Source: an uncultured Gammaproteobacteria bacterium (GTDB lineage: Bacteria; Patescibacteriota; Microgenomatia; Daviesbacterales; UBA10151). Taken from it: DNA of 64,000 nucleotides. The notes under the pieces were generated by a model. The model had not been told where the DNA came from. It saw only the letters and a program-made list of their open reading frames with translations, and ran no database searches. Location of the stretch: positions 18,676-82,675 of the forward strand of contig CAYLXC010000002.1 of NCBI GenBank assembly GCA_964387865.1, in the 5' to 3' direction. Positions within the stretch are counted from its first letter, which is position 1. Each line of letters begins with the position of its first letter. This document shows positions 57,585-64,000 of this stretch, piece after piece. Made by a program: the position numbers and the translations under genes.

Positions 57585-58601
57585 ATGCTACGAGTTGGGA
57601 TGGATATTTCGCAGATTGCTCACGGGGGTGGAGTGGCAACATATACCCGGAATTTATCTGAGAAGCTTTCCAAATTTAAAGATTTGGAAATGGTTTACTT
57701 TTATTCCTCTCTAAGAAAAGCTTATCATGGGCCTTTAAAAAATGTTAAAAAATACCGTCTTCCTCCAACTCTTTTTGAAATGCTATTTAACAGGTGGAGG
57801 AATGTTGGAATTGAAAAATTCCTAGGTCCTTTGGATGTTTTTCATTCTTCTGATTGGACTCAACCTCCTACAAAGGCAAAAAAAATTACAACCTATCATG
57901 ACGTTATTCCTCTAAAATACCCGCAGTGGTCTCATCCTAAAATAGTTTCTGTACACAGAAGACGATTAGCTATTGTTGAAAAAGAAGTTGACTTAATTAT
58001 TGCTGTTTCAGAATCTACAAAAAAGGATCTTATTGAAGTTTCAAACATTCCTGAAGGGAAAATTACGGTAATTTATGAGGGGCCAACAGGAGATTTTAAA
58101 CCTCAACCTAAAGAGAAATTGGATAAATTTAGGAAAAAATATAAATTACCCAAAAATTATGTGTTAGCAATAGGCGGAATAGGGGAGAGGAGGAATCTAA
58201 AAAGGATAAAAGAAGCTTCTAAAGATTATCATTTGGTGATTGCCGGACAAACAATCCCATGGCTTGAAATTGATGAATTAGAGCTACTTTTTAGTTCGGC
58301 TACTGTTTTACTTTACGCATCCCTCTATGAAGGATTTGGTTTACCAATTTTGGATTGTTTCGCATGCGGAGTACCGGTTATTACATCAAATATCTCATCT
58401 ATACCGGAGGTTGGTGGAGACGCTGCAATTTATGTTGACCCATTAAATGCAGAGGATATAAAAAGGAAACTAAAGCTTATAATGGAAAATAAAGAGATTA
58501 GAGAAGATTTAATTAAAAAAGGATTTGAGCAAGTTAAGAAATTTTCCTGGGAAAAGTGTGCTAGGGAGACAGCTGAAGTGTACCGGGAGGTAATAAGATG
58601 A
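57585..58601 (+). CDS. GT4-family (GT-B) glycosyltransferase
   Basis: 'EGFGLPILDCFACGVPVITSNISSIPEVGGDAAIYVDP'. Confidence 0.7.
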   Translation: MLRVGMDISQIAHGGGVATYTRNLSEKLSKFKDLEMVYFYSSLRKAYHGPLKNVKKYRLPPTLFEMLFNRWRNVGIEKFLGPLDVFHSSDWTQPPTKAKKITTYHDVIPLKYPQWSHPKIVSVHRRRLAIVEKEVDLIIAVSESTKKDLIEVSNIPEGKITVIYEGPTGDFKPQPKEKLDKFRKKYKLPKNYVLAIGGIGERRNLKRIKEASKDYHLVIAGQTIPWLEIDELELLFSSATVLLYASLYEGFGLPILDCFACGVPVITSNISSIPEVGGDAAIYVDPLNAEDIKRKLKLIMENKEIREDLIKKGFEQVKKFSWEKCARETAEVYREVIR

Positions 58602-59752
58602 GGATTGCAGTAGATGGATATGAAGCAAATGTACCACAAAGGCTTGGATCATCACTCGTGGGATTTGAGTTAATTAGAAATTTTGAGAGGATTGATAAAA
58701 AGAATGAGTTCACAATTTTGTTACCAAGTAAGCCCCTGGATGATTTTCCTAAAGAAAGAAGTGGGTGGGAATATAAAATATTAAAGCCAAAAAGGTTTTG
58801 GACAAGGATTGCCTTGCCATTTTCTCTCTATACAATTAAAAGGAAACCAGATTTAATTTTCTCTCCTACTCACTATATTCCCAGATTTTCTCCAGTCAAT
58901 AGAGTTGTAACTATCTTCGATTTATCTTTTTTGCACTTTCCTGAAATGTTTAATGCTAAAGATTTATGGCAGCTAAGAAATTGGACGAAGTTTTCTGCCG
59001 AAAATGCGGATCACATTATTACAATTTCTAAATTTTCAAAACAGGATATTATCGAGCAATATAGTGTGGATAAAAAAAATATAACAGTTGCTTATCCAGG
59101 ATATGATGAGGAAAAATTCAAAGTTCAAAATGTTTCAGAAGAAACTGCCTTCGGCAGGACAAAATTCAAAATTGAAGAAACAAAAAGGAAGTACAAAATA
59201 GGTGATAACTATATCATATATGTAGGAACCATACAGCCTAGGAAAAATCTAATAAGGTTGATTGAGGCAGTTTCCAGAATTGAAAATATAAGACTAATTA
59301 TTGTAGGGAAGACTAAAGGGGAAGGTAAAGAGGGATGGATGTTTCAAGAAACACTGGATGCACCTAAGAGATTGGGTATTGAGGATAGGGTAATCTTTAC
59401 AGGCTACGTTCCATCAGAAGATTTACCTTATCTTTTACAAGCGGCTCAAGCTTTCATCTTACCTTCTCTTTGGGAGGGATTTGGTATTCCGGTTTTGGAG
59501 GCAATGGCTTGCGGAGTACCGGTTTTAGCTTCCAATGTTTCATCACTTCCTGAAGTTTGTGGAAACGCAGGATTAACTTTTGATCCGTATTCAGTTGATC
59601 AAATTGAGCAGGCAATAAGAACAATAATTTCTGATAAAAAATTGGCGAATAAATTGTCCAAACAAGGATTAAAGCAAGCCAAAAAATTTTCCTGGGAAAA
59701 AATGGCTAAAACGGTTTTAAAAGTATTTGAGAAAGTGGTTTCAAAGTCATAA
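58598..59752 (+). CDS. GT4-family (GT-B) glycosyltransferase
   Basis: '[38 protein letters not shown]'. A GGAGG Shine-Dalgarno lies upstream. Start overlaps the previous stop (ATGA). Confidence 0.7.
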   Translation: MRIAVDGYEANVPQRLGSSLVGFELIRNFERIDKKNEFTILLPSKPLDDFPKERSGWEYKILKPKRFWTRIALPFSLYTIKRKPDLIFSPTHYIPRFSPVNRVVTIFDLSFLHFPEMFNAKDLWQLRNWTKFSAENADHIITISKFSKQDIIEQYSVDKKNITVAYPGYDEEKFKVQNVSEETAFGRTKFKIEETKRKYKIGDNYIIYVGTIQPRKNLIRLIEAVSRIENIRLIIVGKTKGEGKEGWMFQETLDAPKRLGIEDRVIFTGYVPSEDLPYLLQAAQAFILPSLWEGFGIPVLEAMACGVPVLASNVSSLPEVCGNAGLTFDPYSVDQIEQAIRTIISDKKLANKLSKQGLKQAKKFSWEKMAKTVLKVFEKVVSKS

Positions 59753-59773
59753 ACTCGTTATAATAAGCTTAAT

Positions 59774-60376
59774 ATGGCTATTTTTCATGACAAAATGGGC
59801 AGGGAATTGACTACCCGAGAGGCTTTTAGAAAAATTACAAACAGGATTTATAATGTTGTTTTAGATTTAGAAGTTATGATGCTTAGATGGGTCGGGCATA
59901 TCCCGTTTCATTCTATAAGAAATCTAATTTACAAACTGGACGGAGTAAAAATTGGTAAGGGATCAACTATTCACATGTGGGCAAATTTTTTTTATACACT
60001 AAATATTCAGATTGGAGAGGATTCAATAATTGGTGATCATGTTTTTTTAGATGGAAGAGACAAATTAAAAATTGGTGATCATGTTGATGTTGCATCTGAT
60101 GTAATGATTTATAACAGTGAGCATGATATTAATTCTGAGGATTTTCATGCTACTTTGGCTCCTGTTGAAATAGGAGATTATGTTTTTATTGGGCCCAGGG
60201 CAATCATTTTGCCTGGAGTAAAAATTGGAAAAGGGGCGGTAGTTGGAGCCGGAGCTGTTGTTACAAAAGATGTGCCTGAGTTTGCAATAGTCGGTGGAGT
60301 CCCAGCACAAGTGATAGGTGAGAGGAAGTTGAAAAATCCACATTATAAGTTGGGTAGAGCCAGACTCTTTCAATAA
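59774..60376 (+). CDS. Hexapeptide-repeat (LbH) sugar O-/N-acetyltransferase (WcaF/WbpD-like)
   Basis: Hexapeptide repeats 'IGDHVFLDG', 'IGDHVDVASDVMI', 'IGDYVFIGPRAIILPGVKIGKGAVVGAGAVV' and 'VGGVPAQVIG'. Confidence 0.75.
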   Translation: MAIFHDKMGRELTTREAFRKITNRIYNVVLDLEVMMLRWVGHIPFHSIRNLIYKLDGVKIGKGSTIHMWANFFYTLNIQIGEDSIIGDHVFLDGRDKLKIGDHVDVASDVMIYNSEHDINSEDFHATLAPVEIGDYVFIGPRAIILPGVKIGKGAVVGAGAVVTKDVPEFAIVGGVPAQVIGERKLKNPHYKLGRARLFQ

Positions 60377-60389
60377 AAATTAAAATTGT

Positions 60390-60965
60390 TTGGAATTTGT
60401 TATTTGGAATTTTATGAAAATAGTTTATGTATTTTTTTCATTATTATTGCTAATTTACATGCTTTGGCCCGGACCTAACCATATTTCACAGTTTCCTCCT
60501 TTGCCATCTTCAGAAAAATCGACACTTGAGGGGGATACAATACAAATTCCAAATGTTGCAGCATACTTTTCTGATAATTTTAGAGAATTTGTTTTGTCCT
60601 TTTATTCTACTTCTTATAAAAATTTAACTAAATTACCCTTTCCTCCGCTAAAGCTAAACCATCCTCCGGAATATTCCTGGATAGCAATTAAAAGACACAC
60701 AGATTCAACTTATATAGAAGAGCTGATATATCCTTTAAGAGATTCTTTGTATGTGAACGGATTTGAGCCTCTTTACTCTGACGGTATGCCCAAATGGTGG
60801 GGGGCTTCAAAGTTTGAAGTTGGTGGGCAACAATACTTTACAAAAACAACCCTGAGATTTTATCCATCACCTATTTGGGCAAGATTCGTTGTTTGGTTAG
60901 GCATTATTTTATCAACTTTTTTGCTTTTTAAATTAGGTAAGGAAATTCTTGGAGTAAATAAATGA
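60390..60965 (+). CDS. Bitopic membrane protein (191 aa), function unknown; candidate accessory of the ligase/polymerase
   Basis: N-terminal TM 'IVYVFFSLLLLIYMLW' and C-terminal TM 'FVVWLGIILSTFLLF' flank a roughly 130-aa soluble domain. Stop overlaps the start of 60962. Confidence 0.3.
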   Translation: MEFVIWNFMKIVYVFFSLLLLIYMLWPGPNHISQFPPLPSSEKSTLEGDTIQIPNVAAYFSDNFREFVLSFYSTSYKNLTKLPFPPLKLNHPPEYSWIAIKRHTDSTYIEELIYPLRDSLYVNGFEPLYSDGMPKWWGASKFEVGGQQYFTKTTLRFYPSPIWARFVVWLGIILSTFLLFKLGKEILGVNK

Positions 60966-62383
60966 AAAGTTTTATTAATATTTTTGAGAAAGCCTTATTT
61001 TTTTCAACCCTTTTTATTTTTGCTTTTATTCCTTTATACCCAAAATTTCCCCTACTAAACATAACTGGCACATTTGTTGCAATAAGGCTAGAAGATGTTT
61101 TAATTGCAACAGTTATAGGTACTTGGGGAATATATTTATCTCTTACGGGCCAACTAAAAGTTTTTTTTAAGGACAGACTTAATCAATCTCTCGTACTATT
61201 TTTTTTGATAGGCCTTTTGTCAATTTTTTCAGCAAATTTTGTTACTCATTCAGCTTCAGCAAATTTAAGTTTACTTCATTGGGCAAGAAGGGTTGAGTTT
61301 ATGTTGCTGCTTCCTGTAGTTGCGTCTGTAGTTAGAAATAGAAGACAGCTAATGACTGTTTTAATAAGTCTAGCTTTGGTTTTATTAGTTGTAAATATTT
61401 ATGCTTTAGGTCAACAGTACTTAAAGTGGCCTGTTATTTCAACTACTAATTCTGAGTTCTCAAAGGGGTTAATTTTATATCTTACGCCGGGGGCTAGAGT
61501 TAACTCCACTTTTGCAGGGCACTATGATTTGGCGGTATTTTTGGCAATGGCGGTTGTACTGTTGTCATCAATCTTTTTTGCGTTCAGAAATATTTTTATA
61601 AAGACGTTGGTTGGTTTCTTATCCATTATTTCATTTTGGGTTTTAATAATGACAGCTGCAAGACTTTCATTTGTGGCAGCGGTTTTTGGGATTTTAGCAA
61701 CGTTAATTTTACTGGGTAAGAAAAAATTTATTTTAATCTTTTTTCTCATTATTGTGTTAGTACTTTCGTATCCTTCTCAGTTGAGGGACAGATTGATCTC
61801 AACAGTAACAGTAAATATTTTAAATATGGGTCAAAGATATGAAGGACAAACAGAGGATCAAAAAATAAGAAACAAACTCAATATTCCAACTGTTGCGATA
61901 AAAACTTCATCAAAGTCAGCTGATGCTGCTTTCTTTGCAGCGGCTTCTTCTGGGTCTGCATCAGATATTGCACCAGGTGAGCCTCTTGATACAACTCAGT
62001 TAGGAGTCTATAGATCTTTTGAAATAAGGTTAAATGTTGAGTGGCCCCGTGCAATTAATGCTTTTTTGAAGAATCCGCTTCTGGGAACTGGTTATTCCTC
62101 AATAGATATAGCAACAGATAATGATTTCTTAAGGTCGTTTGGGGAAATTGGATTACTCGGAACCTGTGCTTTTGGTTTAGTGTTAATTGAGTCTATGAAA
62201 AGAATTTATATTACATTTAAAAAAAGTGATAAGTTCATTAAAGCTTTTTCTGCTGGAATTTTTGCAATGATCTTGGCGTTTTTATTAAATGGATTTTTTA
62301 TTGATGTGTTTGAGGCATCCAAGGTTGCGTCACTTTTTTGGATGATGTTAGGACTTGGTTTGGCAACAAGTAAGTTTAGATAA
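60962..62383 (+). CDS. O-antigen ligase/polymerase-like membrane protein (Wzy_C/WaaL family)
   Basis: About 11 TM helices. A large extracytoplasmic loop near the C-terminus carries 'RSFEIRLNVEWPRAINAFLKNPLLGTGYSS', which resembles the Wzy_C 'R..W......PLFGVGLGNF' signature. Confidence 0.5.
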   Translation: MKSFINIFEKALFFSTLFIFAFIPLYPKFPLLNITGTFVAIRLEDVLIATVIGTWGIYLSLTGQLKVFFKDRLNQSLVLFFLIGLLSIFSANFVTHSASANLSLLHWARRVEFMLLLPVVASVVRNRRQLMTVLISLALVLLVVNIYALGQQYLKWPVISTTNSEFSKGLILYLTPGARVNSTFAGHYDLAVFLAMAVVLLSSIFFAFRNIFIKTLVGFLSIISFWVLIMTAARLSFVAAVFGILATLILLGKKKFILIFFLIIVLVLSYPSQLRDRLISTVTVNILNMGQRYEGQTEDQKIRNKLNIPTVAIKTSSKSADAAFFAAASSGSASDIAPGEPLDTTQLGVYRSFEIRLNVEWPRAINAFLKNPLLGTGYSSIDIATDNDFLRSFGEIGLLGTCAFGLVLIESMKRIYITFKKSDKFIKAFSAGIFAMILAFLLNGFFIDVFEASKVASLFWMMLGLGLATSKFR

Positions 62384-62385
62384 AA

Positions 62386-63849
62386 ATGCTTAAGATTTTA
62401 TTTAATCAATATTTTTGGTTGGGTGTAATTTTACTTATGGCCTTTTTGGTAAGGCTATATAAAATTGATGCACCAATAGCGGATTGGCATTCCTGGAGGC
62501 AAGCTGATACTGCAGCTGTAACAAGGAATTTTATTAAGACGGGATTTAATCCTTTTTTACCAAAATTTGATGATATGTCCGGAATTGCGGAAAACCCTTT
62601 AATAAACCTTAACCATTTAAGATTTGTAGAATTTCCAACTTATAACATAGCAGTCTATCCATTTTATCTATTAATTGGAGTTAATGAAGTTTATCATAGG
62701 TTGGTTTCGTTACTTTTTTCATTAGGTAGTATTATTTTTGTTTTCTTGATTGCGAAAAGATATTTAGGTGTAGTTACTACCTTACTCTCTGCATTAATAT
62801 TTGCATTACTTCCATTCAATGTATTTTTCTCAAGAACTACCTTACCAGAACCCACGTTTATCTTTTTTGCTTTAGGGATGGTTTATTTTGTTGATAGATG
62901 GATATGGGAGGGCAGGAGAATTTGGGGAATATGGGGATTTGTATTTACAACTGCTTCTTTTTTAGTAAAACCCTGGGCAATATTTTTTGTTCCACCGCTT
63001 GTTTACTCTGCCATAAAAAAAGAAGGGATAGGAGAAAGTTTGAAGTATTTATTTTTTTTTATCGCTGCACTTTTGCCTTTTATTTTTTGGAGGCTTTGGA
63101 TCCTGCAACAACCAGAAGGGATACCTGCCTCAAACTGGCTACTTAATGGCGATGGGATAAGGTTTCGACCTGCATTTTTCTGGTGGATTATTTCAGAAAG
63201 ACTAGGAAGAGAAATACTTGGTACAACAGGTTTAGTATTAGCTTTTATAGGGATTATTGCTAAATTGGAGAGTCGAAGTCTTTTTTTTCACATATGGTTG
63301 TTGTCAATGGGTGCATATTTAATTATTCTTGCAACTGGAAATGTTACGCATAATTATTATCAACTAATGATTATTCCAATACTTTCTATATTTTTAGCAA
63401 GGGGATTTGTATACTTATTTAAAGGAAATAAAGATTTTATTCCAAGAATTTGGACTGTCCCTTTGGCGATATTTTTGCTATTGTCGAGTTTTTATTTTAC
63501 TTACAAAATTGATAAAGAATTTTATAAAATAAATAATCCTCAAATTGTGGAGGCAGGCAAAATGGCAGATCGGATCTTGCCAAAAGATGCTGTGGTTTTG
63601 GCCCCATACAATGGGGATACGGCCTTTTTGTATCAATTGAACCGTCCAGGATTTCCTAATGCTCCACTTCCTCTTAAACAATTGGTTTCAGATTATAGTG
63701 TGACACATTATGTTTCAGTAAATTTCGATGAAAAAACTAACTGGGTTAAGCGACATTTTGAGATAATATTTGAAAATGAAAAATTTGTGATTGCGGATTT
63801 AACAAAAATTAAAAGTCCTCTTGATGATATTTTAGATGCCGAGCCTTAA
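62386..63849 (+). CDS. GT-C membrane glycosyltransferase (ArnT/PMT-like)
   Basis: 'DAPIADWHSWRQADTAAVTRNF' acidic first-loop motif after TM1. About 12 TM helices and a roughly 120-aa C-terminal soluble domain. Confidence 0.5.
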   Translation: MLKILFNQYFWLGVILLMAFLVRLYKIDAPIADWHSWRQADTAAVTRNFIKTGFNPFLPKFDDMSGIAENPLINLNHLRFVEFPTYNIAVYPFYLLIGVNEVYHRLVSLLFSLGSIIFVFLIAKRYLGVVTTLLSALIFALLPFNVFFSRTTLPEPTFIFFALGMVYFVDRWIWEGRRIWGIWGFVFTTASFLVKPWAIFFVPPLVYSAIKKEGIGESLKYLFFFIAALLPFIFWRLWILQQPEGIPASNWLLNGDGIRFRPAFFWWIISERLGREILGTTGLVLAFIGIIAKLESRSLFFHIWLLSMGAYLIILATGNVTHNYYQLMIIPILSIFLARGFVYLFKGNKDFIPRIWTVPLAIFLLLSSFYFTYKIDKEFYKINNPQIVEAGKMADRILPKDAVVLAPYNGDTAFLYQLNRPGFPNAPLPLKQLVSDYSVTHYVSVNFDEKTNWVKRHFEIIFENEKFVIADLTKIKSPLDDILDAEP

Positions 63850-63854
63850 ATACA

Positions 63855-64000
63855 ATGAGAGTACTGATGTTAACACCTTATCTGCCATACCCACTCTTAA
63901 CTGGTGGACAAACTAGGTCTTATAATCTTATTAAAAGGTTATCTCAACTGGGTCATAAGATTACATTATTCTGTTTAGTTAAAGATGGAAATGAAAAAAA
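63855..64000 (+). CDS. GT4-family glycosyltransferase, N-terminal fragment (3'-truncated at window edge)
   Basis: 'MRVLMLTPYLPYPLLTGGQTRSYNLIKRLSQLGHKITL' is the typical GT4 N-terminal motif. Confidence 0.5.
   Translation, partial: MRVLMLTPYLPYPLLTGGQTRSYNLIKRLSQLGHKITLFCLVKDGNEK

Noticed and set aside
1-64000. Searched for tRNA, rRNA or CRISPR arrays in the intergenic spacers, the largest being 3921..4012, 17629..17721 and 36886..36975.
   Set aside because: The spacers are under 100 nt, AT-rich and without repeat-spacer periodicity or tRNA-like GC-rich stems. No direct repeats of CRISPR type were seen.
1-64000. Mobile element, prophage or defence island suggested by the paralog arrays and the inversion at 25897..27744.
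   Set aside because: No transposase, integrase, recombinase, phage structural or nuclease/ATPase defence genes. The duplications are of glycosylation genes, and the inversion lacks flanking inverted repeats that I could detect by eye.

Overview
The window is AT-rich (roughly one-third GC) and almost entirely protein-coding. I found no rRNA, tRNA, CRISPR array, transposase, integrase or recognisable defence gene. Nearly every gene relates to cell-surface glycan or glycoconjugate biosynthesis.

Main contents:
- Family A: five paralogous large polytopic membrane proteins (515 aa truncated, 733, 1162, 879 and 1141 aa). They resemble YfhO/AftD-type GT-C glycosyltransferases. Four small (56-113 aa) polytopic membrane-protein genes lie at their 3' junctions, each overlapping a family-A stop codon or the next start codon, and they recur as if part of a cassette.
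- Family B: five paralogous ~615-645 aa polytopic membrane proteins. Each has a GT-C-like acidic first-loop motif and a conserved C-terminal NFYAF..N+D motif. Four lie in a tandem array with one inverted copy. Two copies belong to a repeated module: family-B gene, RmlD-like reductase, DPM1/GtrB-like GT2.
- ArnT/PMT-like GT-C proteins: three clear ones (52679, 54804, 62386) plus a possible fourth, the uncharacterised membrane protein at 56200.
- Four polyprenyl-phosphate (DPM1/GtrB/CsbB-like) GT2 enzymes, four more GT2/DXD proteins and six GT4 (GT-B) enzymes.
- A complete GDP-D-glycero-alpha-D-manno-heptose pathway (gmhA, hddA, gmhB, hddC) with a transaldolase-family gene beside it.
- Two nucleotide-sugar dehydrogenases with epimerase/dehydratases, a Gfo/Idh/MocA oxidoreductase and a DegT aminotransferase.
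- Seven SAM methyltransferases, two of them carrying N-terminal Zn-ribbons.
- A hexapeptide acetyltransferase, a Wzx-like flippase and a Wzy_C/O-antigen-ligase-like protein.

From 36976 to the window end, all 25 genes (including the 56-aa ORF) are on the + strand, with many overlapping stop/start junctions. Occasional AGGAG-type ribosome-binding sites indicate a bacterium. A Patescibacteria (CPR, Microgenomates-like) origin is a low-confidence inference.

The candidate undescribed system is the multi-paralog, lipid-carrier-dependent extracytoplasmic glycosylation machinery. It couples polyprenyl-P-sugar-forming GT2 enzymes and RmlD-like reductases to families A and B and their small membrane partners.
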